Of a DNA stretch of 64,000 bases, positions 41,121-55,373 are shown piece after piece. The first letter of the stretch is position 1; each line of letters starts with the position of its first letter. The position numbers and the translations under genes are program-made. Origin of the DNA: the human T2T-CHM13v2.0 reference genome, Homo sapiens; the NCBI RefSeq assembly GCF_009914755.1, contig NC_060930.1; one strand, 5' to 3'. A model generated the notes under the pieces. The model worked only from the letters and a program-made list of their open reading frames with translations, was not told the DNA's origin and did no database searches.

Positions 41121-42563
41121 AAGAGGACTTTTTTTCTCTTAATACACCTGCCAATGTTGAGTGCCTTCTGGAATTGGGCATAAGGTCAAGCAATCCGTCA
41201 CGTCTCTGGTTCTTAAGGTGTGAATATGAGGTGACACGAGCATGTGCATCCCTCACCAGCTCCCAAATTCCAAAGCCTTTAATACTAGAATAGCAGATGT
41301 TTCTGTTTAAAAGGGTGGTTTTTTTTAAAGACATATCCAATGTGCCCCAAACTTTTCCTCCAAGTTTGCCAATGATTGTCAAATGCTTCCTGTTTAAAAA
41401 AAAATCAGTTTACCAACTCTCCCTGCTATCTAAAGGATCCCAAAATTAAATGTTGGTGCCCAGATGTGACATGCAGCTCCTCTTCTTTCCCCAAGCACAA
41501 GTTGCTTGGAATCATTTACAAATCCTTTGGAGTCTCGGGAGTCCGGTGGCAGCCCTGTAGGCCCTGAGGTCTGCATGGCCCACATCTGGACCTGGCCTGT
41601 CTAACACTTACTTTAGTTGGGATGGACGCCACTGAAAGCAAACTGTTGAATGATGTGATTCTAATAGGGAAGGCTGGTTGCTGATTTGCTGATTCAAGGT
41701 ACTAGATGCACAGCTGAGGAAGCAGGTGTCTGAAAAATCTCACCGAGCTGAACAGCTGCCTACTATGAATCTTTCTCCCTAATTTCTAAGCTCACACTGA
41801 ACTCTGGCAGGACAGAAATAATGCCATAAATAGCAAGTCCAGACTGAGTCACCACAGCCTGGGTCCCAGAGTGACTGCCTGGAGCAGAGCCCCTGCTGAC
41901 CCTGGCTGGACATGGAGCATGGGTGAGAAAGGGACCCCGGCTCAGGTCCAGCCGCTGGGCGCCCTGGTCAGGCCAGCCCTTACCTTGGCCCGCACCCCTG
42001 CCAGAGCCGGCCTCATGGTGGCTCAGGTTCAGGCGGGGCCTCTGTCCTGCCCAGCCCTGCCCGGTGGAGCGACCTCAAGAGCTGCTCTCCTTTTCAGCTC
42101 CCAAGCATGCCAGGAACAGAAGGACGGGAGGCAGCCGGTTGACAATTTAGGAATAAATGTCCACTTCATTAAACACCGCAAGCCCTTCTCCGCTATGCCA
42201 GCCCAGTTAATATTTAGCCAGGTGCACCAAAGCAAGCCGCAAGAAGAACCCACAGCCCTCAGGACGCGTTGTGTGCCGGGCGGCGAGGATTCGCCCAGCC
42301 TGCGGGGCAGACCCGACCATGTCCTCGTCTGAGAGCGGGAAAACGGACACTGCAAAGCGCTGGCAGCGGAGGGACAAACTGCAGCTGGCGACCTGGGATT
42401 CCATAGGTGGCACTTTCTGATGCCCTGTCAGAGACCGGCTGGCTGGTTTTCAGATGTGTTCTGAGTCATGTGAAAGGGCAGACACACTGGCTTTCCCAGC
42501 AGCTGCCTGGCTGGCTGGAGTCCCCGAGTCGGTGGACATGAGCAGCGCAGTGGAGCGATGCGA

Positions 42564-42975
42564 CCTCTCTCCTCCCTCCTCCTGCCTGTCTCCTCCCTCC
42601 TTACCCCATCCCTCTTCCTCCTCCCTCCCTCCCAACCCCACCCCTCCTCCCTCCTCAATCAGTCCCTCCTCCCTCCTCACCCCATCCCTCTTCCTCCTCC
42701 CTCCCTCCCAACCCCACCCCTCCTCCCTCCTCAATCAGTCCCTCCTCCCTCCTCACCCCATCACTCTTCCTCCTCTCTCCTCCTTCCTCTCTCCTTTCAT
42801 CCCTCCCTACCACCTGTCCTCCCTTCTCACCTTGTCTCTCTCCCTCCTCCCTCTTCACCCCATCCCTCCTCCTTCTTCACCCCATCTCTCCTCCTTCTTC
42901 ACCCCATCCCTCCTCCTTCCTTACTCCTCATCCCATTTCTCCTCCCTCCCTTCTCCTCCCTCTTCCCTCCTCACC
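42564..42975. repeat. C/T-rich tract with an internal 76-bp duplication
   Basis: caatcagtc marker at 42656 and 42732. Confidence 0.93.
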
Positions 42976-43307
42976 TTGTCACTCCTTGTACCTGGTTCTT
43001 AACCAAAGGACAAGTCCATGGCTCATGAGATCTGAGTTATGCAGTTCTGTTTTGTTATGTTTTTGTTCTGTTTTTCAGTTTAAAAAATTACAATCTGAAC
43101 AAATTTCACTGAAACAGGTTCCCAACAGACAGAATGCTCTGGTCCAAACGAAAATGCCTTAAAGTTGCCTGCAGCTGTAGATTTGGGAGAAAGCAGGCCT
43201 ACGTTTTCCTTAAGAATGTGGCCACCGCCTGAGGAAACAGCATTGCCAGGAAACAGCTGTGCCTCCGAAGCCCACGTGACTTCAGATTCCATCTGCAGCA
43301 GATGGTA

Positions 43308-43373
43308 GGCTTTTGTGGCTTTCGTGGCTTCTGTGGCTTTGGTGGATTCTGTGGCATTTGTAGCTTTTGTGGA
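43308..43373. repeat. 9-bp minisatellite (ggcttttgt-like) x~7
   Basis: ggcttttgt ggctttcgt ggcttctgt ggctttggt ggattctgt ggcatttgt agcttttgt. Confidence 0.92.
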
Positions 43374-44152
43374 TCATTTCTTCCCTGTTGGTCCCTGGTG
43401 GCCTGGCACGTGTTAAGGCCCAAATGCTGTCTTTATCTTTAATAATGTTTAATTTGAGTGGGGTCAACAGAGATCTATTAAAGGTTGTAAAAAATTTATT
43501 TAAAGTGATATTTGTGCAAAATACACGTCCTGAGCAAAAGAATGATTTTTCGACCCTCTGTTATCAGAGAGCATGGGTCTGAATAAAGTCAGGTCAGGTG
43601 CCTGCCCAGGAAAGCACTTGGCTTTCAGCTGTGTCAGTTTTCCATGACTCCTGCTTCTAGCGGGGAAGGAGGGCTGCGGCCTTCCAATGCTCAGCTGTGG
43701 TTTGCAGGCATCCCTGTTGTCTGCACCTGCAGCCCAGTCTGCTGCCACGCCCACCAAGCCATCTTTCTGCACCTCAAACGATGCTAGGATCTTTCTTCTC
43801 CCCACATACAACATTGTGGCAAGGAAGCCCAGTTCTTCCTGGCATTGCTTGTCAGTCCACTGCTTTGAAAGTGTGTCCTTATCCAAGTTGTGGCTGTGTG
43901 GACCTGCTGTTGTCCAGGAACCAGGAATGCTGGCGGTGAGTCACCCCCACCCAAGAAAATTGACCCTGGTTTGTGCGGCTCATCAGGCCTGCAGAAACCT
44001 CCTGCCAGCCATCCGGTGAGAGGAACCTCTGGGCTTGGTCAGCTTTCACACATGCCAGGGCAGCCTGGCTTTAGACACAAATCCCAGGCTGGGAGTAGCC
44101 AGAGGTGATGCCCATGAAGACTGAGAGGCCGCAGGAGTTTGTCTTCCCCCAG

Positions 44153-44224
44153 GCCACTGCCTGTCTGCTCCTGAGGGCAAGAACCCCCCACTGCCTGTCT
44201 GCTCCTGAGGGCAAGGACCCCCCA
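44153..44224. repeat. ~35-bp tandem duplication
   Basis: ccactgcctgtctgctcctgagggcaag.acc x2. Confidence 0.9.
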
Positions 44225-44589
44225 CATTCACCCACGCGGCCCTGGAACCAGGGTCAGCAGCCACAGCCCCCGGCCACATCCAGCCCATGGTGTTTTTCTA
44301 AACGGACACAAGTTGAGAATTTTTTTTCACACTTTTAAAAACGTTTTTATTTCTATGTTATAAAGTGGGACATACACAGCCCATCGTGTGCAGAATTCCG
44401 CATCTCTTTATTCCCGCATTTCCTGGCCTTGTTAAGCACTTTTTTCCCTTAATGAAATATTTTTTCCTGGTTTCATCCATCCATATTGGGATGAGAGGGT
44501 TGTATTTTTCTAAAATGAAATGTGCTGATTCTGTTTGACTTTCTAACATGAATGGCCCATAGACTCATGTTTAAAAGATTGAAAAAAAT

Positions 44590-44810
44590 TTTTAAAAATA
44601 GCATCTTGTGACACACAAAAATTATACCAAATTTAAATTCTGGTGTCCAGAAATAGTTTCATTTGAACCCAGCCCCCACTGCCTGTCACGTGCTGTGCTC
44701 ATGGGTCTATCACACAGGGCAGCTCTCGTGGTATGGCAGAGACCACGTGGCCCACAGAGCCCAGAACGCCTGCTCTCCGGCCCATTATGCAGCAAATTTG
44801 CCAGCTCCCG
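44590..44810. mobile_element. MER58-like hAT-Charlie DNA transposon fragment
   Basis: cagagaccacgtggcccacagagccc..ggcccattatgcagcaaatttgccagctcc resembles the MER58 end. Confidence 0.65.
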
Positions 44811-47520
44811 GCACAGAACATGCCAGGGACTCTCTCATCCACTGAAACGTCCCACGAGCGGCTGTGCTTTGAGTCTTTTTCTGTCTTGTTACTATTGTGA
44901 CTGACTTCTGGTAATCATTGGATTTTTTTCTTTTCTTTTTTCCTTTTGAAAGTGATACATGTTGGTTGGAACAAGTTAAAAAAAAAAAAAAAAAAAAAAA
45001 AAGAGGTCTGTGTGCTAAAATCGTTTGGAATGTCCCTCCTAACCTTCTTCACATCCCAGCTCTGTAGTGACCGATGTTTCCAATCTGAGGTGCAGCCTCC
45101 GTGGTTAATCTTTGCTCAGATGTACAGGGTGCCATTATTGTTCTTTTTACAAAAAAAAAAATGAAATGCTACAGTACATGTTACTCAGCAGCTTGTTTTA
45201 TTTCACTGAATAATGAACATCTCTCCATATTAATTTGGATGTCACTGATTCATTACTTTTCACAGATGCAAAAGATTCCACAGTGGACCTTACAATAATT
45301 TTTTCACCTCTGCCGCTGTTGAGGAACATCCGTGTCAATTCCGTTTTTGTGTTATAATTCTGAAAATGAAAGCCTTTGTATTCTAGTGTCTATGTACTCA
45401 CGCTTTTATTCTGCAGTATAGAAACCTAAAAGTGGGACTGCTGAGTCAAAGACTGCGGGTTTTTCTAATATTAAGATGCAGTATAATGCATCTTCTCTCC
45501 CCAAATTACAGCATTTCGTGATGGCTGGCGAGGCCACAGGGAGATGGATGGTCTTTTCTTCAGAGGCTTGATTACTTTTTATCTTTAAAAAATCTCTAAT
45601 AAAATGCCATTTCTTCTTCTTTATTTTTAGATAGATTCAAATGTTGAGGCTTAGTTGCCTAAAGAAAAGAGTGCAGGTAAGAGAGGGGTGTCTGTGCTTC
45701 CGTGGAAAGAAAGGGCTTGGATGGAATGGAAGGGTCACTGGGATACCATCTCCCCAAAGTCAGGGACCACCTCTGTCCCACTGACCGTGATGAGAGCTCA
45801 TGGGGTGTTTGTGAAATGAGAGAATGAATGAATAAATAAGCGAATGAATGGATGGTGATAGAAAGGTCGCTGGAGAGGGACGGTGCTGATCCATGAGGGT
45901 GATGACACGCAGATCAACCAATCTCTGTCCCCCATGCCCTGCACGGGCACAAGTGCCGCTGTCCACAGACAAATGTTTGAGAACCCCTGGCTGTGGGACA
46001 GGAAGCTGAGACATTCTGCCTTCTCTGGGTTCCCCTGGGTGTGACAAGGGGTCCTCACTAAGCCGTCCTTTGACTATATTGGATGTAGAGAGAACACACA
46101 TTATGTGTTTCTAAAATTCAGCAACTGCTTTTAAAAAAAAGAGGGATTCTCCATCTTCAAGAGGTTGTCTCTGCTCAAATAAACTCCAAATGTTGAACCG
46201 GGCTGGTCTCACATTCCTGCAAATAATAGGAATAATAATATTTGTATTTATTTTCTTTTTCTGTTAAAAAAAAACAAACAGAAATCTTAAGTGATCTTAT
46301 TTCTCTTCAAAGGGCAAAACAGCTTTGCGGGCGAGCTTTGGAGCCAACTCTAAAGGGTCGTCCAGAGCACGGCCGCCTCCCCATACACACCCTGTCCTTG
46401 GCGTGGCTCCCGCAGCAGCCCTGGCCTCGCGCCTGTCTCCGGGCCTCCTCAGAGCCTGGCCTGGCTCCAGCCATCTCCACCACTGTGTGCCTGGGTCTCC
46501 TCCCGCTCTGCGCCGTCCCCCAGGGTGCCCCCTTGGCTCTCCTGCACACGTACCGAGGGGATGTCCCCTCCCACTCTGGACAGGTTCCTTAACCCTCTCT
46601 TTCGTAAATATAAAAATAGTTCCTGCCTCATGAGACGGCTCTAAAAATTAAATAGTAAAGCCCTCAGCATACTGCCTGCTTAAGAGCCATCTCTCAGAAA
46701 ATAAGTTTGTTCTTGTAATAATAAACAACAACTTGAGTCCATACTGAGCTTCCTGCTTCAAACGCCACTGGGGCGGACCAGCCCCACGTCTCCTCCCTGC
46801 GTTGCACACGGGCAGGGCTGCAGCTTCCCCATGGGGCCTGCACCATGGTGGGACGGCCTGTGCGCCCCAGGCCCCGGATGCCCCGGCCTTGCTCCAGACA
46901 CGTGGCCGTCAGCCTCCAAGGGCCCTGTGTTCACAAAGTCCCTTCCATTTTCCACCCCAAGCTGACAAAGACGCAGCTGGGGTGACCCCGAAGTGAGGGG
47001 TGAGATGTGGGTTACCAGCCCCTCCACCACCCTCTCCTCCCGGCCAGCGAGAGGCAAAGAAGGAAGCCAGGGCCTGTGGGGTGCCCACGCTGGTGAGAGG
47101 CAGAGGCCTCTGGGAGAGACGGGCTCCGTGCCAGCCCCCGGGCACGCTCCCCTCGAGGGTCCCCCAGGACCAGCTGGGGCGAGAGCCTCTGGCCAGTGCG
47201 GGGCACCTGAGGACTGCGTGGAGGGTGGAGGGGGCCCTACTGATAATAGGAGCTGGTGGCCACCCAGGGGCCTGCTCTGTTCCCGCCAGGCCGAGGCAAA
47301 GGGCGAGGCCACAGAGATGGTAGCAGACACGGGGCTGACAGGAGCCCAGAACAGCTCTGGGGACCGGGACAAGGGGGGACAGGAGGCCCCCTTGAGCAAG
47401 GGCTCCCAGGAAGCAGGTGCTGTGGTGGGGGTGCTCCACACTGCTCTGGCCCGGGAGGCCCCCTCGGTCGCCTGTGCTTGGGACCGCATTGCACAGAGCA
47501 CTCTGGCTTCTTTCCACACA

Positions 47521-47633
47521 CGGTCTTTCTCAGCCTTCACGCACACTCAGCCTTTCTCAGCCTTCACGCACACTCGGCCTTTCTCAGCCTTCACGCACAC
47601 TCGGCCTTTCTCAGCCTTCACGCACACTCGGCT
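47521..47633. repeat. 27-bp minisatellite x4
   Basis: ctttctcagccttcacgcacactcggc. Confidence 0.97.
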
Positions 47634-48097
47634 TTGCAGCCCTCCTGCGCACACGTGGAAGGCCCACAGGTGGACGGCACACAGTAGGGCTGCTCCCGAT
47701 CCTGCAGCTGCGTCTGAGCCTTTCTTGCCTTTGCAAAATCGGTGCTCCCTCCTGGGCCCACTACGGCACAGCTGTAGGTCCTGCAGAGCCTTGCCGAACC
47801 TGTCTCCTGGATCCAAACCCGAGGCTGGCACCCAAGGAGGGGGCCGTGCTGGTGCTGGAGCCCGTGTGGCCAAGAACTGTCCCACACCCACTGTCCCATG
47901 CTGTGCCCAAGCCACATTGCGTCTCAGGGGGCTGCCAGAAGGAGGACGCTCAGTGCATAGAACCCTCTTGATGGCAAGCCCAAGACCACATGAGCCAGCT
48001 TGTGTGCAAAGTTCTTGCAACTGGGAACCCCAGGGTGGGTCTGGTCTCAGCCCAGGGACGACTTGAGGTTTCCTCCTCTCTCCGTCTTTCAATCGCG

Positions 48098-48451
48098 CTC
48101 TCTGTCTCTGTCTCTCTCTCTGTCTCTGTCCCTCTCTCTCTCTCTCTTTCTCTGTCTCTGACTCTCTCTGTCTCTGTCTCTCTCTCTATCTCTCTCCCTC
48201 TCTCTCTTTCTCTGTCTCTCTCTGTCTCTGTCTCTCTCTCTCTCCCTCTCTCTCTCTTTCTCTGTCTCTGACTCTCTCTGTCTCTGTCTCTCTATCTCTC
48301 TCCCTCTCTTTCTCTGTCTCTGACTGTCTCTGTCTCTCTCTGTCTCTCTATCTCTTTTTCTGTCTCTCTATCTCTTTCTCTGTCTCTGTCTCTCACTTTC
48401 TTTGTCTCTGATTCTGTCTCTGTCTCTGTCTCTGTCTCTCTGTCTCTCTCT
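48098..48451. repeat. (CT)n/(TCTCTG)n compound microsatellite
   Basis: Seen directly. Confidence 0.97.
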
Positions 48452-49686
48452 CGTTCTATTCCTAGAGGAGGGGAGGGCACTGAACCACGGCCCAGCAGAT
48501 CGTGACCCCTGGACTGGCCTAGCTCATCCTCGGGGCTTTTGAGCTGGGCTTGGCTCCTCCCAAGCTTGCATTGCCCTGGTGGTTGCCGGTAACGTGAAAC
48601 CACTGGACCTGCCTGGGGAAGGAAGAGGTGTTGCATTTATTGGGAGAATATTAGGGAATCTGATGGATCCCAAGGCCAGATAGGAGGTTTGCTGGGATCA
48701 GGGTTGGAGAACCCACGGGATCTGCCTCACGCTGTCCCCTGTGTCCAGCCCCAAGAGTCTGGCTCTCTCCCAGCTCTGGGGTGGAGAGGGCCCCCAAGAA
48801 CCCCCGAGTTCTTCCCGTTACAGATATGTCACCCAAAGCAGCAGAATCAACCCTGTCCGGTCCCCAGTTCCACATTTCAGGGAGGGGACTGTTGGCTCCA
48901 CTGCTCCCTGGTGGGGCGGCCTGTGCAGCAGAGAACACCCAGGCGCCGCCAGTCTGTGGGCAGCGGCCAGGACAAGGTGAGGTGACTCTGCCACCCGAGC
49001 CTGTCTCCAGCCACAGCTCCCACGGCCACCAGAGCAGTGGGCTGAGGCTCCCTGACAGCCTTCTTGCAACCCCCGGGCCTGAGAGGGGCCGAACCCCTAA
49101 GCGTGCATGCTCCCAATCATAGCTGGTGATAAGGAAACCACAATTCTTCTACCTTACTGAAAGGCTATAGCACAAAAATGTGCTCAACTATGGACTAGAG
49201 CAGCACTTGTCAAACTTAAGAAACATCTGCACCTACTTGAAATGGAAATGTGTCCTCACGTCCTTCCCGAGGCCACAGGAGGCCGAGTGCTGAGGCCTCA
49301 CCACCAGGCTGCAGCGTGGCTTGCATGGTTTGGAGACGACACAATGCATAGTTTCTGTTTGGCTGCATGCGTTGTCTGAGCAGGGGTCTTTCTGGCACGA
49401 AGCCCTGCTCTTGTTTGCCCGAAAGGGGAGGAGTGGGATGCGTTGTCACCACTTTCAGGGGAACCTGCTCCGTGCTGCCAGCAAAGCCATCATTGAATCC
49501 AAGATCTCTCACAGATGCTCCACTTGGCCACAGCTAAAATCCTACTCTCCACTCAATAATGGGAAAAGTCACCAATGGGTAAACTGGGAAAAATCACCAA
49601 TGGGTAAACTGTTGTTGGAATTCAGAAAGAAATATTTTTACAGTTTTGAATTCAAAGTTCAGGATAGAATCAACCTCTAACATCAG

Positions 49687-52182
<2,496 letters not shown>

Positions 52183-52249
52183 TGAGGGCTGGAGCTCCTC
52201 GCACGTGTGACACCTGCTCCAGGGCCCACTAGTCTCGGACCCTCTTCCC

Positions 52250-52440
52250 AGTCCACCCTGGGAATGTGTTGATTCTCATGACAATCCCGTGAGAAGATAT
52301 ACCCATCCCCTGTTTCACCAGCGAGGAAACCAAGGCACAGACAGGTCGAGGAACTTGTCCGGCAGCACACAGCTTGTAAGCAGCAGTCAAGATGTGACCA
52401 ATGTATCCTGGTGCCAGAATCCATGCTCTTAAAACTCCGC
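52250..52440 (-). mobile_element. MIR SINE
   Basis: catcccctgtttcaccagcgaggaaaccaaggcacagacaggtcgaggaacttgtcc. Confidence 0.75.
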
Positions 52441-52476
52441 CAGGAGACTCGGCTGCACCTGCGGGATGAGTGGATG

Positions 52477-53172
52477 TGTTACCGAGGGTGGGTCAGCACA
52501 GGTCTGCAGCAACCTCGATTCTTGCCTCCTCAGAAGAAAGAATTCGATTGAGGGGCCTAAGGCAGAAGAAGAGACAGAGGCAAGTTTTGGAGCAGGAGGA
52601 GTGGAAGTTTATTACAAAGCTTTAGAACAGGAATGGAAAGAAAGAAAAGTACACTTGGAAGAGGGCCAAGCAGGCATCTTGAAGGACAGTGCGGGGTTTG
52701 GCCTCTGACTTCGGGTTTTATACATTGGCACGCTTCCGGCGTCTTGCCTCCCTTCTTCCTTGGTTCTTCCCTTGGGGTGGGCTGTCCGCATGCGCAGTGG
52801 CCTGCTAGCGCTTGGGAGGTCACCCTGCACCTGTTTACTGGCGTTGTGAGCATGCTCATTTGAAGCGTTCTTCCCTTATCAGTCAAGTGCTCCTACAGGA
52901 ACGTCATATACCAGTTAAACTCTGCCATTTTGCCTCTTAGTGTGCATGCTTGAACCCACTTGCCCAACTCCAAGATCTTATTGGGAAGCTGCTGATCACC
53001 AGCTTCAGGTTTTTTCTATCTGTAGGGAGACTGCCTTTCTCTGGCACTGGCTGCAAGCAATTATTTTAGAGAGGCAGTTAGCAACCACCTGACCATCCCC
53101 TGATGGCTGCCTGAAGTTCCTGGTTGGGAGTCCCTCTCCTGCCCTGCTCATGCCTGACTACGTACTCTAACA
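52477..53172 (-). mobile_element. MER50-like ERV1 solo LTR (~696 bp)
   Basis: tgtta..taaca termini; perfect 4-bp TSD gatg (52473-52476, 53173-53176); ccattttgcctcttagtg and gggaagctgctgatcaccagcttcagg motifs. Confidence 0.85.
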
Positions 53173-53219
53173 GATGTCAGTGAGGGACGGATGAACCAGG
53201 AAGCAATTTGATTGTGATG

Positions 53220-54510
53220 TGCTCTGTTATGGTTTGGGTTTTTTTACTGTTTGGGTATTTTGAACTTCTTGGACTTGAGGGTTTCTAGTACTGATTAATT
53301 TGGAAATTTTGAGGTCATTCAAAAATTATTCTGCCCTGTCTCTGGGACTCCAATTTCATAAACAGTATGTAATTATTTATATTAGCCTGATATTTTTCCT
53401 TAGGTCACTGAGGCCCTGTTCGTTTTCTTAAATCTTTTTTCCAATGATGCTTCATTTTAAATAGATTCTATCAATATGTCTTCAAATTGAATGATCTTTG
53501 TTTCTGCAGTGCTTAGTCTCCTATGAAGCCCATCCAGTGACTTGTTCCATTCAGATAATGTATTTTATAACTCTAAAAATTCTATTTGGTTCTTTATATA
53601 ATCATTCTTTTTCTTATTATGTTCAAAACTAAAAACAAATCTTTAAGCATATTTGTAATAGTCTGTAAAGTTGTTGCCTGCTAATTCCATTCTCTCTTTC
53701 ATTTCTGGGTAGGTATGTATTGACTAACTTTTCTCCTGGCTATGGCTCATTTTCCAGCTTCTTCATGTCTAGTAATTTTTTATTGGATGCTGGACATTAC
53801 AGTGGTATGTTGTTAAGCATCTGTATTTCATTGCCCTCTTTTGAAGGTTGTTGTATTGTGTTTGGTAAGTATTTGAGTAACTTGCTTACCAGATCTATTC
53901 TTTTGAGGCTAGTTTTTAAGGTGTACTAGGGAAGGTTTAGGGTCACTTTTTTTCTAAGTGTAATTTAGCTTCTCTCCTAAGGGGTGATCCCTTTAAAAAT
54001 CTTTAGTGAATGTCTCAGGTTTTTCAATGAGGTCTTTTTACTCTGGCTTGACTGGAATCAAATGTGTGATTCCTGGGAAGTTTTTACTTCATAGCTTTCT
54101 GCTAGTTCTTTGCCACATCTGGTAAAAATTCATCCTACTCATGCACAGTTAGCGTTCAACAACAGGCTCAACGGTATTCTTATGTAGATTTCTAGGATTC
54201 TTTCTTTCATTGCTCCCTACTCTCTTCTCTGAAAATTACAGGCACCCCAACCTCACCAATTCCCATCTCTGTCTTCTCAACTAAACAAGACCACCATGTT
54301 CTGCTTGGGCTTCTCCTCTCTGGGGCACAATCTAAGAAAGCCAGAGTAATCTTAATGCTCGCCTCATTTTTATTCCCGAATCGACCACAGTCCTGTGCTG
54401 CCTGTTGCCTACTGTCTGAAAACAGCTGTAACGTATATTTTTTCAAGTTTTTTCATTGTTTACTGTGGAAGGACAAGTCCAGTACCAGTTATTCCAACAT
54501 GTCTGGAAGT
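53220..54510 (-). mobile_element. Old L1M 5'/ORF1 region
   Basis: tctgggactccaatt, atagattctatcaatatgtcttcaaatt and agcccatccagtga are antisense L1 ORF1 motifs. Confidence 0.75.
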
Positions 54511-54933
54511 CAACTTCTCTGCTTCGCTCATTTTCCAACAAAATTATATTAGTTTTAAATCAGAAAAACACAACAATGATATAATACATATACATAAAGA
54601 ACAATCTGTTGCTCAGTTTCTCCTAAATTTATCTGAAATAAATGCTTTTTATTTTCAGCCTGGATATTATAGTTTTAAAAAGAAACTTGTTCTTTTCATA
54701 ACCCCGTATCCCAAATCTTAGATTCTTTTTTGCTATAACAACTAAGGCCAATCTCTTGGCATAGTCTTTTCTCCATAGCATTTTCATGTCACCCACATAT
54801 ATTCTGGGGTTCCAAGTAGCAAACGGTAGGTACTCAATAAGTATCAGCTTCCTTTTTAGTGAAAGAAACAATCTTTTGGGGCTTCATTTTCATTTGCAGA
54901 AATGAAAATTATAGTAGCTTCTTTATAAGTTAT

Positions 54934-55373
54934 GGCTCTGGTTTAAATATTTGTCTCCTCTGAAACTCATGTTGAAATTTGATCCCCAATGCAGCCATCT
55001 TGAGAGGTAGGGCTTTTGGAAGGTGATTGGGTCATGAGGCTCCACCCACATAAATGGATTAATCTACTCATGCATTTATGGGTGAAAGGGGTTAATGGAT
55101 TAGTGTCTTATCCCAAGAGTGGGTTTGTTATCATGAGAGTAGGTCTGTTATGAAAGTCAGGTTGATTCTCTCGGGGGCTTTCTCACCACGCGATGCCCTG
55201 TGCCACCTCAGGGCTTTGTAGAGAGTCCCCACCCACGCAATGGCTCTCACCAGATGTGGTCCCTTGACCTGGGACTTCACAACCTCTAGAACTGTTAAGA
55301 AATAAATTTCTTTACTTTATAAATTGCCCAGTCTCAGATATTCAGTTATAGCAACAGGAAATAGACTAAGACA
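54934..55373 (+). mobile_element. MST (C/D-like) MaLR solo LTR
   Basis: gaaactcatgttgaaatttgatccccaatg..ttatagcaacaggaaatagactaagaca; TSD gttat/gttac. Confidence 0.9.

Noticed and set aside
44978-45002. Solo A25 run as an orphan poly(A) insertion
   Set aside because: No clear TSD; more simply a slippage-expanded mononucleotide run.
46758-48092. 357-aa and overlapping ORFs in a GC-rich stretch
   Set aside because: No recognisable homology; overlapping ORFs on both strands are typical of GC-rich non-coding DNA and include a 27-bp repeat.
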